A stretch of DNA of 62,941 bases, filler included, from Octopus bimaculoides (lineage: Eukaryota): the NCBI RefSeq assembly GCF_001194135.2. It is 8 parts of 7 records of this genome, joined end to end, with 100 filler letters (N's around TTAATTAATTAA, not from the genome) between each part and the next. Parts side by side here need not be neighbours in the genome. Positions count along the whole stretch, not along the records: positions 1 to 15,416 come from NC_068994.1; 7 more parts are not named here. One strand, written 5' to 3'. A model generated the notes under the pieces. The model was not told the origin of the DNA. It was given only the letters and a program-made list of their open reading frames with translations, and made no database searches. Made by a program: the position numbers and the translations under genes. Each line of letters opens with the position of its first letter. The first letter of the stretch is position 1. This document shows positions 1-12,720 of the stretch, in pieces.

Positions 1-1215
1 CAAGAGTGTCTCTAATACTCCAACCTGGAGACAGTCTCTTTACGTGTTAAGCTGTCTCTCTACATCTTTCGGACTCACACTCGACAGCTCGCTTGCAACT
101 ACATACCCACGTCCCAACAACTATGCTCATACACACAGAAGCTGTAACAACAAGAACTAAAGATGTATATATTTACCACCTAAATAAAGTGTTGTTTAAG
201 TTGATAGTCTGGAGTTCAGCGTTCCGTTATATTCTAATTTTATAGTAGGAAAGTCAGGTATACAATCTAAAGATGTATAACCAAATTTACTATACGTCCA
301 ATCGTGGTTTTGTAATAAGGTCACCTGAGATAGAGCTTTTCTGGGTTTTCGGTGAGCCCTATTTCGCCTATAAATAAGCCCGATCCAACGACGGCAATCG
401 TCTTCGATTCCAGATCTCTCACAGGTCTGGTCGCTGACCACACATACAGAACACAGCTACAGCCAGTTCCAGCGCTGACTTCTTCACCACCTATGTACTG
501 TCTACCACAATGTCGTGCGCCAGCAACCCCACCACCAGGTACACACCAATATCAACACACTCGGTTTTTATCTCGACGCTGTATGAGTGGATTGTTTCCA
601 TCGCGAGCAACAGTCAGAACTAACCAGCGAGAATATTCCGTATCAGGTAACACGGTCACAGCATTCGACGCTCAACACACATAGTGTGATTCCACAGCTC
701 TGCTACTTGGCCACAACTTCCTACGTATGAACATTCTATCTCCTTGCGTAACTCTAATACGAACTGGTATTTCTCTATCTCAGTGTTTGAGACTTGTAGT
801 CTATGTTACAGCCACTCTTTCTATCTACTGTGTTCCTCTCATTCACACGCACACTTGTACACTCACATATTGTACACACACTATTGTTTATACGACTGTC
901 CGTCACTTAACATTGTCGTATACCTTCTCTTGTACACGAAGGCCTGACTTATCTACTGTGTTATTTTATATGTCGCATGCACGCGCACACAGACACGAAC
1001 AGTTTCACTATGTTAAATAAACTTACTCTCATTATATATCATAACGGTTGTGTTTGTCCTAAGTTCTTTTACTGGCACTTGGCTTGTATCTCTTCACAAT
1101 GAGCCTTCTATCTTATATAATCTTATATTTTGTGTTCGACCGTGCGACATGGTAAAAAGGAGCCTTTTCCGTCTACGTCACCATCTCCTTTGGTTCGCCC
1201 GGTCGAAGTATTACA
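1..1215 (+). mobile_element. Probable LTR of an LTR retrotransposon (solo or 3' LTR; 5' end outside window)
   Basis: CpG-rich non-coding block with TATA-like ctataaataag (~368) and AATAAA (~1016). It ends ...gaagtattaCA at 1215 with an abrupt composition change and no PBS (TGG) after it. Confidence 0.4.
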
Positions 1216-1749
1216 GTTGTTCATCTGCTACCCATTGAAAAGTGAAGGAAATTGGAATACAATGATTACTTAATGCACTTTATATATACATTCTATATAC
1301 TTTATGCACAATTTTATAGACTTAATACACAACTCTCCTTTCTCTCTCACTCTTCGCTTTAATCTCTTTTTCTCTCCTTTTCCTTTCCTCTTCACCTTTC
1401 TCTTAAACTAATTACGCGAAAGCGTTACTGACAGGCTAAGTAACGAAGGAAAAAACTTAGTTTTAAAAAATTACAGATTTCACTCACCACTACCTCCCCC
1501 TCCTTTCTCCTTTCAAGTAATCCCGTGGAAGCGTAACAGACGGGCTAAGTAACGGAGTGACAAGTATAGTTATTATAAGATATGAGGAGAAAAACCACAG
1601 GGATCATGATTGGTGACTTTGGTACTAGCATTGAATTTTGGCTTGTAATCACTTTAGTGACACAGTATGAGCAAGTGGAGGGGACACGGGGGTGACATGC
1701 AACAATGTGTGATCAGATAAGATTCACATAGGCTTGCAGGTTCTAATGA

Positions 1750-1990
1750 CATTTACAAATGCTACAAGGAAGTATTTGTGCTGTTTCTTATTTTGTGAGT
1801 TGAGGAGGAAGGCAGTTAGATGGGTGATGCAGAGCAGAAAGCCTAATTGTTACATATGTAAGAGTAATAGCCGTTTGAGGGCTTTCTGCCCAAAGGAGGA
1901 GGAAAGAGTAGTGAACACAGCAGAGACTTCAATGCAGCAGGCTCCAGAATGCTACCAGTTACACTTCTCAGAATAGGCAGAGTAGATGAA
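1750..1990 (+). mobile_element. Decayed retroelement gag/ORF1 fragment with a degenerate CCHC zinc knuckle
   Basis: 1848-1889 reads CYICKSNSRLRAFC, i.e. C-x2-C-x4-(H>R)-x4-C; the cgt codon is one change from His cat. Confidence 0.4.
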
Positions 1991-2499
1991 ATTGTTAATT
2001 GAAGGCATTGTAATCATAATCATCATCACTATGGTTGTAGTCATCATTCCATTCATTTATTGCAACTTATATAGTGTGAATGGCAGATTTTAGTTTAGTT
2101 TTAAACACTTTGGCACCACTCACTTGTAATTTATCCTTAATATCTAGCATTTCAAAACAAATATACTGAATGAAACTTAGTTACCTTGAAGGAGTTACCA
2201 ATATTATTGCTTAGCATATGACTCGAGCTAATCTAAAAACTAGATTTTCTCTGTGTGTGTGTGTGCTAGATCAACTTAGAAGCTTGACATTGGTAGGTTA
2301 AAATCATATTGGAGCCAACTTTAGCAGCCAAACATCCAGCCTTGCATTTGGATGCAATAAACTATATTGAAATGGTAAATGTTTGTTCATCTGCTTGACT
2401 GGTATAGCATCTCTCTTGAGTCTATGGACTCATTAGGCTGAAGTTTATACTTATTTCTAGAACATATAAGCAAGCAAGTGTATAAAATTTCTCCTGGAT

Positions 2500-2655
2500 T
2501 TGATGCCAGTCCATCACAAGATTAAGAATTGGTACTTAGTTCCTACTGAGTAGACTAAAACCCTGTAAAATGAAGTGCCTTGCTCAAGGTCACACAATGT
2601 TGCTGGTCCAGGAATGAAACCCCTGACCTTATGATGATAAGCCTAACACTCATTG
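2500..2655 (-). mobile_element. Old tRNA-derived SINE fragment
   Basis: The minus strand reads ...gtcaggggtttcattcctggacc...gtgtgaccttgagcaaggcacttc, a typical tRNA-like head followed by the CCTTGAGCAAGGCACTT motif. Confidence 0.5.
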
Positions 2656-2689
2656 CTAATTCTCACCTAACAGACAGTTCCAATGTACA

Positions 2690-4788
2690 TGACTTGTATG
2701 GCTCTCACAAACCATCTGTCTACATTCAGGTTCTTCAGAATTGAGTAAGGGACCCAAAAGTACTGTCCCCTTCAGTTCACTATTGTCCTCCAGACCATTA
2801 GAGAGGATTTTAACACCAGATACACTAGATACTATATGCTGATGACCCCAATCTTATAGTAGAATCTGTAATAGAATTAGAGAAGAAATTTCAGGTTTAG
2901 AAATACACCTGGAATCAAAGGGCCTTAGCAAAGACCAAAGCTCTAGTTTGCAGAAGACCAAAAGCTCTAGTTTGCAGAAAAACAGACTGGACTCTACTCC
3001 CTTTAGGAAAATGATGCTGCTTGATATGTAAGAAAGATGTAAATATAAATTCCATGTGGTGTATCCAGGATAAGTTATGGATACACACGAGGTGCAGCAA
3101 AGTCACAAGAAGGTTATTGAAAATAGTAGACTATGTGGCAAGTACGTAGGAGCAATAAAAACAAAGAACACACAGGAATTAGATTTCCTTGAATGCCCAG
3201 GATGATCCTTAGAGGTAGTAGATACTGTCTGTTAACCAGGTGACCTAATTAGCAGTGGAGGGGAAGATCTGAAAGTTTAATTACTAAAATAAGGACAGGA
3301 TGAATAAATTTCGGAGACTTATTAATTCTGTTGATAACAAACGGTCTCTTTCTCATAGTGAAAGGCAGACTGTATGATGCTAGTGTATTAAAGAAACAAA
3401 GTTAGTATGCCTTGGATGTGCAACATTACTGCATATGTACAGCTAAGTGCAAATGTGTTTAGAGTAAAAGTGGGGATAATTTGCATCATCTGTAGTGTAC
3501 AAGCAAGAATGTTTTGCTGGTACGGATCCCAATAGCTGTATAAATAAGAGCTGATCACTTAAAGTTGATGGAACTAGTAGAAGAGGGAGATTCAGTAAGA
3601 CGAAAGATGAAGTAGTGAAAACTCCTCTCGAGATGTTAAGCCTCACAAAGGAAATGACAAAAGATCAAGATGACAGGTGATTTGCTGTGCTTGAAAAAGC
3701 TATCTGCTATGGCAAAAGTGGGATCCTAAAAGCAATATATTTGTCAATATACTCACTGAGCCTTACCACTGAACTCAATCTGTCCTATAAATCCTTCCTC
3801 ACCTTCCTTACTCCTATAATTTCATTACTATCTCAACTATGGCACTGTTCAGCAACTGTAATCATATGAGTGCAGAAGCTGCACATACCTCATTCCTTTT
3901 TGTGATAACTGTTACCTTCCCCTTTCTTTGGAACCCTTTTCTTTTTAAATTTACCCCTCATTCTCATCACTTCCCACTTTATTTCCACTGATCATCCCTT
4001 TCTGTGCCTCCAGTTATCTCTCTCTCTCCTTTGAGCTACATATTAGGTCTGCTATATTTCATCTTTGATACCTTTTCATATTTGCCATCATAACTGTCAT
4101 CGACAGTACCCTATGTACCTCTGACCTCCATCTCTGTCACTGTACATCTCTCTCTCCTCATTCCCCTACCCCACACACCATCTCCCTTTTTTTTTCTGAT
4201 TTATCTACAGCTGCTTTTCACCCTTCCTGTACTGCTTTTTATCACCTCCTTCTTCCTGAGACACTCCTATATCTTTCAACTTCCCCATTGTTCATATTGA
4301 TATTTACTACTGACCCTACCAATGCTCTTGTTCATCATTCACTACATTCACCTCTACCCCCATCTCTAATCATCTGTCACTCTCCTTTCATGCTTTCATG
4401 AACTTAGCTGTCCCAATCCTTTGTCCATATTCTCTATGCCTTGAGGATATGCTCTGACACCTCATCACTACCATCTTCGCCTTCCATCCAGCAGTTCATA
4501 CCCACCCTTATACAATGCAGGGTAGCCATATATCTCCTCTATAGCAAGACACCTGTGCGTGTGACTCTATCATGCTTTAGCCTCTTATCATCTGGCATAA
4601 AGCCACCTCTCTCTCTACTACAACTCCACTGAGTTGAAGGAATCTTTTTTGTCTTGTACATTACTTGGTGACCTCACTATTTCCATTTGGCATAAAGAAT
4701 GGCATCCAGCCATAGAAACCAGGCTAAAGTAAATATTGGAGCTTGATGTAGTCCTCTGGTTTGTTGGATCTTGTCAAACCATCTAAAC
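2690..4788 (+). mobile_element. 5'-truncated, decayed RTE-clade LINE (RT C-terminal half plus long pyrimidine-rich 3' UTR and tail)
   Basis: YADD at 2835-2846, then ESKGL..KTK-like residues, a Cys/His segment at 3018-3095 and KGRLY-like motifs, with many stops and frameshifts. The 3' part (ggcatccagccatagaaacc...gtcaaaccatc) matches the tail of the minus-strand copies at 15.2, 17.0 and 20.0 kb. Confidence 0.8.
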
Positions 4789-5015
4789 TAGTGTTTCTCA
4801 ACCATCTTTTGCCTATGGACACTCTTGACTCCTGTTTTACTCAGGGAGGGGAAAACCTCACAGTCATTCACCATCTAAAAACTCATATTATTATGATTAA
4901 ATATGATTAGGAACTGTATAAACAAATGTTTAAATATTTTATTTATTGTAGAAATATAACCAATTTATTGCACATAAATTGTAACAACAAAATGGACCCC
5001 AGTTGAGAACCACTG
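4789..5015. mobile_element. Non-autonomous hAT-like MITE nested in the RTE tail
   Basis: Terminal inverted repeats tagtgtttctcaac (4789) and gttgagaaccactg (ends 5015), of the CAGTGGTTCTCAAC hAT/Charlie type. No intact 8-bp TSD. Confidence 0.6.
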
Positions 5016-5489
5016 AGACAGCGATGATGACGATGACAATGACTGATGGTGTGTTGGTGCATTCTTTAACCTTTCCGATATTACCAGCATGAAATAGCAC
5101 CATTTTCTATGGTAAAAAAAAAACTATCCCATTTGAAAGAGTTCATATTTAAAAGCCTTCCAACATAATTGTATGTAAGAACCTACTTTTATGAGTAGGT
5201 TCTTACAGTTTGTTCCAAACACTGGCTTAATAATGATAAAGTTAATTATTTTATTAACACTTTCTAAATACTTCATTATTTTCAAAATTAGCTGAAACAT
5301 TTTTGCAGTGCATTTCATTAAAATATGTATTAAAATAGATGATGAAACAATGCAAGTTAGAAAATAACAATTTACTGAGTAATTTTCAGGGAGATTTTCC
5401 TTTTACTAATGGTAATATGGTAACATGGTTGAGAAAAGGTAAGTTGGAATGTTAAAGAGTTCAAATATATTATAGGCTTATATAATTCT

Positions 5490-5925
5490 TTCTACTACAT
5501 ACACAAGGCCTGAAATGTTGAGGATTACATTAACCCCCAATGGTCAACTTGTATTTATTTTATTAACTCCTAACAACATGAAAGGCAAAATCAGCCACAG
5601 TGGAATCTGAACTCAAAATGTAAAGAGCTGGAAGAAATGCTGTCAAGCATTTTCCCCCACTGACAATTCTGCCAGCTCACAACCTTTTATTGGCCTCAAA
5701 TAATCTCTTCTGCAATAGACACACAGCTGGAAATTTTGAGGAATGAAGCAAGTTGATTACATTGGCCCTAGTTCTTGATTGGTACTTATTTTATCAACCC
5801 TAAAAAGATGGAAAGTGAAGTTGACCTTGGCAGAATTTAAACTCAGAATGTTAAAGACTGATGAAATGCTGCTAAGTATTTGGTTCAGTGCACTAATGAC
5901 TCTACCTGCTCACTGCATTTTATAA
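5490..5925 (-). mobile_element. Two adjacent old, CpG-decayed copies of the major SINE family
   Basis: They align by eye to the young copies at 52714 (+) and 56000 (-) (gagctggcagaat..., aaaggcaaagtcgacc, gaactcagaa), with CG replaced by TG/CA. Confidence 0.7.
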
Positions 5926-8094
5926 ACCTATAATAATAGTAGCAGTGGACATTCAAACACATGTTACTGAACGAAATTATGATTTGATTTGTATTTCTAA
6001 ACCAATTGCTATATCTACTAAAGATAAGAAACTGGAAGTTAGGGAAGTCATACGTTCTTTAAAAGCCTTAGCATCTTATGAATAGTCATGTCTGAAATCC
6101 AAAACTGTTCTGCTGACTTAGTGAATGCTTTTCTTTCAAACTATTTATTCTCCCACTTGCCAAGGATCAGCTAAGTTTAAGTAAGACTATGCTTTGCTGA
6201 GGAGATCTAATTAGACTGAAAGATGTCTACAGTTGTCACAGAGCTTACTAAAAATCAGACTCATTTCCCACTGAATATTCTCATTCAATTTTTAATTAAT
6301 TTGAATTTTGTAGTTGTTTCCCCTGTCCTTTTTGACAAGAATTAATCACTAAAGCTAATTATTTTGATTAATTCAAAATTTCTCTTGGAACATTATATTA
6401 AGTATATTAACTTGTCCTTAACTAATCCTCTCAATGCTTACTGATAGTTCAATGATGCTGAGTAGACCAACCGATTCTGCTTGATCAGTTTAATGAAGTG
6501 TAACTACTTCAAGACTATACTGTCTCAGCACTTACTCGTCCAGTTATCATCAGTACATTTCACCAAGTTGAGGGTTGGGTGGTGATTTTTGATATGGCAC
6601 AGCACATTAATATGTAATACTCAATAATGTTTATTTTTGTATTTCCAGCATACCATATTTGAATTTGATCTATATTAAAAACATTCCCTTTCTAGAGTAA
6701 ACTGTATGCTAGAGTACCCACAGACAGTTTGCTATACTTCAAGTATGATTTTGGTACATTTGATGCTGAGCTTTATTCACCTTATTCAAGACAAAATTTA
6801 TAATGAAGAAATGCAATTCAATCGCTAGTATTAAAACATGCTTGTCAACAGACACATAGTGGGAAGGATTAAGATTCACATAAAATATCTAACATATAAT
6901 TACACATTTCCCATATTTGCAAGCTTTTCAAATATATTATTACATTTAGTGCATAAATTTCATGTGTCATGTCTTTTAAATGGAAAATGAAATGCTGAGT
7001 TAGCAAAAAAATTTAGTAAAAAATGATTACATGTCATCACTAACCCACATTGTCAATATTGATTAAATCACATCAGAGTTTTATGATAGAATCTAATCAA
7101 TAGTGTCTGCTACTTGAGATAGAAGGGATTTGCTAGAGGGAAGATATAACTACTGTATTTGTTTGAAGAGCTAGTCATATATGAAGTCATCTATTGGATA
7201 AAAGTTTTGCAATGTAGAAGCTAGTACTTACTTCATTGTGAATTAATTGAATGGCAATGGGTTATGAAAACCTTTTACATTCCTTTTTATACTGGTAAGG
7301 ATCTAAGAAGGCAGCTGCATATTGGTTCATAAAGCTTTTGATCTGGTTAGAAATGAATTCAATATAAGATTTAAACCAAAAGAGTTACTATTAACTTCTT
7401 TGCAATAACATGTTTTTCCTCTTTATTTTGGATTGGTGTTCTAATGTTGCAAATCATTTCCAACTCAGTTGTTCTTTATTCTTCACAAAGTTGAGCATCG
7501 TAGGATTGAGAGAAGGGAAATGGCCAGGTGAATATAGTACTGAACCACCAGTTTGTACATTATGAGTTCAAATCTACTGTAAATGTTCTGCTTTGTATTT
7601 GTGAAGTACATTTCATTCTACATGCTTCAGTTCACCAAGGGCTCAAGGAGAGCTATATGATTCCCTTGGAATGTTGCTTGAAACAGGGCTATCTAAAATC
7701 CACTTAATATATATTAATTAAAAAAAAAGAAGCAAATTAAGAAATTGCCTTTAAAAGCCCCTTTGGGGTTTAGGAAGCATTTATGTATTTTACTGTAAAA
7801 ATAAATTCCAGATGAGTTTAGTCTAGGATCAAGTTTTAATTCCCAGTTGGAACCATTTCACTTCTTTACACCACTGATTTTCTTGGAAATAACAAGATCA
7901 TAGCTTAATCCTCCTCTAAAAATGTTAGGTTTCATTCATATTTTCATTTCATTTCATTTTTGTGAACAATAGTGTTAATGGTTACAATGGACCAACTACT
8001 GCTTCATTGCATTTCAGATGGCACATGTGATAAGAGAATGTTTGCAATGCAATGTCTTTTAAGGAAACTTCACTCCATAAAATAACATTTTTTT

Positions 8095-8350
8095 CATTTT
8101 GCCTCAGACAGACAAAAGCTTTGTGAGTGGATTTGGTAGACAGAAACTGAAAGAAGCCCATCGTATATGTATATATCTGTGTGTGTGTGTGTCTTTGTGT
8201 TTGTCCCCACCACCGCTTGACAATGGTGATTGTGTGTTTACATCCCTGTAACTTAGCAGTTCAGCAAAAGAGACTGATAGAATAAGTACCAGGCTTAAAA
8301 AAACATAAGTGCTGGAGCTGATTCATTCAATTAAAAATTCTTCAAGGCAG
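8095..8350 (+). mobile_element. SINE body/3' part (second tRNA-SINE family)
   Basis: gtgagtggatttggtagacagaaactgaaagaagccc...ataagtaccaggc; the same motif occurs inverted at 17530-17690 and 39481-39555. Confidence 0.65.
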
Positions 8351-8599
8351 TTCTCTTATCTATTTCTTATTTGTCTACCATGATAGCCACTGCTACCACC
8401 ACCACCACCACCATCATCATCATCAGTATTAAGGTGGTGAGCTGGCAGAACTTCACCCATTTACCTAGGAAAAGACACTCAATTCGTACAAACAATACCA
8501 ACTAACACCAAACCACACATCTTACAACACTACCACCACCTGTAAATGCTAAATCACACTTAATAACTTATACACATGTAACATGGAGTCCTAAAATCT

Positions 8600-9200
8600 G
8601 TTGCTATTCATAACATGAAAGATCATGTCTGATGTGTGACTGTCCCTTCACTCATCATCCAGGGACTTGATGCACTGGTAAAAGCATGAGACCAAACCAC
8701 CACCAAATCCACAGTAGAAACATTCCTTACAGTGGCAGTGTTGGTCCAGACTTTCACCAGAACCCAAAAGTCACCCTGATATCCACAGGATACAATAGTA
8801 AAATCAAGAGCTGCAAACAATATAACTATAACCATAATCAACAGTGCAACCATATCAACCCCAGACAACAACCCCTCCCAAAAGAAGAAAATTGTTTTTT
8901 AGCGATGATGAATCTTGCAAAAGAAGTATAAAAAAAAACTTCTAGTTCTCATACAGCACCAACAACTGCTATTACTCCAGTGCATAACCACACCATTGCT
9001 GTCATTAATCCACAAAGTCAACTCAATAATAATGCTGAATGTACATGGTCTCTCACACTTCACAAATTGAACAAAAGTATCATATCTTAGAGATCTTGTA
9101 CAGCGAGAAAAGACAATATGTGTAGCACTAAGTGAAATGCACCTGACCCCAGCCATATTGGATGCAGAAGTACATATGTCAGGTTACATACTACTCAGCT
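8600..9200 (+). mobile_element. Decayed APE-type LINE 5' region (ORF1 remnant plus endonuclease N-terminus)
   Basis: 9032-9200 reads MLNVHGLSHFTN*TKVSYLRDLVQREKTICVALSEMHLTPAILDAEVHMSGYILLS, matching the AP-endonuclease N-terminus (LNVxGL...ALxExxL...GY). A CxxCxCxFxH-like remnant lies at ~8625-8655. Confidence 0.7.
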
Positions 9201-9229
9201 GAGTGAACTGTAGAAATGAATTGCAATAT

Positions 9230-9409
9230 TACTGGTGCCATGCTGTATTGGCCTTCGCCTTTCCTTTGGATAACATCAGTAGCATAGAGACGGGAGGCTG
9301 ATATGCAGGGGTGACTGCTGGTCTTCCATAAACAACTTTGCTCAGACTTATGCCTCAGAAGGTAACTTTCTAGGTGCAATCCCATGGTCATTCATGACCG
9401 AAAGGTGTC

Positions 9410-9410
<1 letters not shown>
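9230..9410. repeat. Interspersed repeat fragment (unclassified)
   Basis: GC-richer block (ggtcttccataaacaac...ctttctaggtgcaatcccatggtcattcatgaccgaa) that abruptly truncates the LINE endonuclease frame. Recalled as a common cephalopod repeat but not verified. Confidence 0.35.
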
Positions 9411-9470
<60 letters not shown>

Positions 9471-10149
9471 TATACACTTATAAATATTTAAAAAAAACTT
9501 CATCTGATAACATAATGCAATATGCTCAGATTGGTTTACCACTTAAACTCTGGCTTGAACAACAGCTGGAACAAAGTGTTGTTGAAGCTGCATATCAAAG
9601 ATGGCTATAAGTGGTTCATCATTGAGCTGGTAGATATATATTACAAAGAGAGATGAACAAGTAAAACATGCGGTTTCACTTTAGAGCCTGTAATTTATAA
9701 TTCAGATATAATTGTAGAGTAGTTACAGTAAATAAAGGATTAAGAAATGATACATAAAGTTTCTTACAGTTGTTTCTAGAATAACTGGGCATGTAAATCA
9801 TATGTCATTGAGAAAAGGTTTCCTTGTAAGCCAACTATTCCATTTTCAGAGAGAAAGAATTAAGAAATATCTTTAATAAAGGATATTAGTAGTTACCAGT
9901 TCATCAAAGAACTAAAGAACACACTTAGTGAAAGATAATAGTGTTTAGCTCTCTCATGATCAGAGAATTAAGGAAATTCCAGTGAAAAATAATAGCAGTT
10001 CACAGTTCCATTGCTGAAGGATCAAGAAATATCCTTAGTAAAAGATAAAAGAAGTTACTAGGTCCATCTTTGAAGAGAAAGTTAACATGTTACAGAAAAC
10101 TTTATAAATCTCACAAAAGAACTTGCCAAAGAATGTGGGGCAGAAATAA

Positions 10150-10910
10150 GTCAGCAGCTTAGACTATGAGTTAATTTTCTCTCTGATACCATACAAAATG
10201 AAATCTTAGGGGCATATGCTCATAACAGTCTATATGAGATCAGAAAAAAAGTTGAAGATTCCGTGTTTATTGATGTCATACGTGATTGTTCTGGCATGGA
10301 ACAAGAATCAGTTATTGTTGTTTCTGAAAACCAGGATATCTAGGAAGATTTTCTCAGCTTTTAAAACCCTACCTACTACACATCATTCACTTCAAAGACA
10401 CTGACTAAGGTTATTCTGGGTGTTGCCTAAGCATTTCTCTGGGCTCAAAATTATGCTACTTTTGCCTATGATGAGGTATATACCATGAGTGGAAACATTT
10501 CAGGCATACAAAAGAGATTAAAAGACATGTTTCCTGGTACATATTTTGTACACTACAGAAACCACTCTCTGGACTTTGTCTTCCAAAAAGTTGGATCTAT
10601 GGTTGCCCTGGTCACTGATGCATTGAACTTTATTCACCAAAGCACTACTCTTCTGAAAATGCTATGGACAAGCCTTTGTAATGAGAATGTCTTCATGTTG
10701 CAAGCTTATGTCTGTTGCATCAAGCGAGAGAATGTTCAACACTCTTCGCTGTTTGAAGACCTGACTCCACACCACAATCACCGTCTGACACACTGTGTTG
10801 TAATGTATGTACATGAAAACTTGTGTAATGAAAATACTTTGGATATTCTCTTGGAAAACTTCATTACCAAAACGAATGAGCATAGAAAAATTTTTGGAAT
10901 GACTTGAAGC
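10150..10910 (+). mobile_element. Decayed, internally deleted hAT transposase (ZMYM1/THAP12-like, DUF4371 type)
   Basis: Broken frames give NEILG..EIRKKVED..DCSGMEQ, then YDEVYTMSGNISGIQKRLKDMFPGTYFVHYRNHSLD (compare YDGAxxMSG..GVQ..P.A.YVHCxxHxLNL), then the C-terminal RLTHCVVMYVHE...LLENFITKTNEHRKIFG. The middle of the protein is missing. The relic probably extends upstream to ~9500. Confidence 0.75.
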
Positions 10911-11029
10911 ATTGCTTTTCCATATATAATAATAAAACATATTATTATACCTATGTTTGTTTTGATATTAAGATTGAAAAAAAAAATCAACCTTGTTTGT
11001 AAAAAAATTTGGACCTGAGTTTGCACCCG

Positions 11030-11240
11030 CTAAGCAAATTTCATTCCTATGCCACTGCCTGTGTTTGTGGATTGTTTTATTTGGGTTGTACTACTGAATT
11101 GATAGCATATTGCATAGGATGTAGGCTGTTCCAAGCAGGGCTGTTTTTTTTTTTTTTGGATAGTGTATAGTGTGGAAGGTCCAGGTATAGCTTCTACATT
11201 TTTGTTCATGTATTTTTTTATCATACCCAATGTTTAATTA
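11030..11240 (-). mobile_element. 3' end fragment of an R4/Dong-type (restriction-like endonuclease) LINE
   Basis: GMIKKYMNKNVEAIPGPSTLYTIQK followed by a frameshifted LLGTA.IL-like segment, matching the RLE C-terminus. Confidence 0.6.
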
Positions 11241-11264
11241 TTATTGGTATTGTTTTTTTACCTT

Positions 11265-11635
11265 ATTACCTCTGCCTTAGCAAAAGTGAAGGTATTGTTT
11301 TTCAGTCATGTTTGTTTGTCCGTGGACAAGATATCTCAAGAACCACTGGATGGATTCATATGAAACTTTCAGGGATGTTTGGCTTTGTGACTGGCACGAA
11401 CTGATAAGATTTGGGGATTGATCCAGTACTGGACAAGGATTTTGGATTATTTTTCCGTTTTTTTGTTTTACTTAATTTTTTTGAGAGTAACCGGGTTCAT
11501 TATTTAGTATTCTCATTCGTGAGAGCAGTCACGTTTATTTCAGATATTCTCATTTTAAAACTCATTTCTGGCTAATCATTGAGAGGATGTTGGTGTTGCC
11601 TTGGCAGAAGTTTGCACTCTCTGAGTGCTCTTGTT
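11265..11635 (+). mobile_element. Non-autonomous Helentron-associated element (HINE/DINE-like)
   Basis: Starts attacctctgcc, has an internal (gttt)n and the gatatctcaagaaccactggatggatt motif, a 3' subterminal IR ccttggcagaag and the terminal hairpin gcactc-tct-gagtgc before ttgtt. It sits in T-rich sequence. Confidence 0.7.
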
Positions 11636-11689
11636 ATTATTATTATAATTATTTCTTTTTATCTCAAGTTTTGTAGGAACTCCTGGAAT

Positions 11690-11974
11690 CTTGCATGCAT
11701 AGCAGGCTTGCTGCCTGCAGCCTACGGAACCAGGCTATCTATTCTTTTCAACTATCTCATACTTTCCTGATTATTCTGGCTGTGTCAAGGAGGCAAACCT
11801 TTTGTAACAGTCCTACTGGACACTCTATTCCAATTTCCTTTATACTTCTCTTCATGCCTTCTGATTCTATCCCCAAGGACCCAACAATAATTGGCACTAT
11901 CTTCACCTTTTTCATTTTTTCCATAGCCAGGTTATTTTGTACTTAACATTTTCTATAGCTGGGCTATTTCATAG

Positions 11975-11975
<1 letters not shown>
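11690..11975 (-). mobile_element. 3' end fragment of an R4/Dong-type LINE
   Basis: The minus strand reads LWxMEK..VKIVPIIVGSLG..GMKRSIKEIGIECPVGLLQKVCLLDTARII. It is flanked by (AAT)n. Confidence 0.7.
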
Positions 11976-12007
<32 letters not shown>

Positions 12008-12229
12008 GCTATTAATAGAGTTAGGTGAATGCAGGCTAATCAAATGTTGGGATTTTCTTTTAGTAGGTTTGAAGGATGGATACATATCATGATTTGGATG
12101 AGGTAGCTGTTGGTTTCCATTTGTTGAAGTTTGTATGAATAGGAAGTACAAGGTCTTCAACATTCTAACAATTTCGCCAGCTCACTGCCTTAATAATAAT
12201 AATAGTCTTGATATAAAAGATGGGCGACA

Positions 12230-12665
12230 GCAAATATTCTGCTCAATACCACAGATTTGCTTGTCAGTTGCTTGACCTTAACCAGTTGAGCATGTCCCTT
12301 AGTGGCTGATGATATGTGCATCTCTGATCATGAGCAGAAGTATTGGGGGAGCATCATAGCCATGTCTTGAGAGGAATTCTTTGGGGTTTGGATAATTCAC
12401 CTTTGGAAACATAGGTGTTTTGTTCAACATCCTTAAACAATCCTTATTCAGGGTTTTTCTGAGTGGGATGGGCTACTCAATCTGAAGAAAATTCTAACTG
12501 GACCTCCCTGCAAGGTCATGGACTGTTTATCTTGATGTGAGATCACTATGTCGTGCACATATGGTTGCGATGCATGTGCTTGGTGAACCCTTATCAGATG
12601 GGTAGTCATGATGGGTATACTGGGCTTCGTATATTTTACCTCAGTGTCACTTTGATGGCTCTCTC
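12230..12665. repeat. Interspersed repeat fragments (unclassified)
   Basis: Non-coding blocks with sharp boundaries between microsatellite tracts. Recalled as common cephalopod repeats but not verified. Confidence 0.3.
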
Positions 12666-12670
12666 ACTCA

Positions 12671-12704
<34 letters not shown>

Positions 12705-12720
12705 TAGCAATAATGATAAT

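Noticed and set aside
6400-8100. Several splice-site-like motifs (acceptors at ~6648 and ~8018, donors at ~6437 and ~6531)
   Set aside because: No pairing gave an open, recognisable coding exon; such motifs arise often by chance in AT-rich DNA.
10485-10907. 140-aa ORF as a domesticated ZMYM1-like gene
   Set aside because: Upstream frames are broken, the conserved Cys of the CxxH motif is lost, and the catalytic middle is deleted, so it is a decayed hAT copy.
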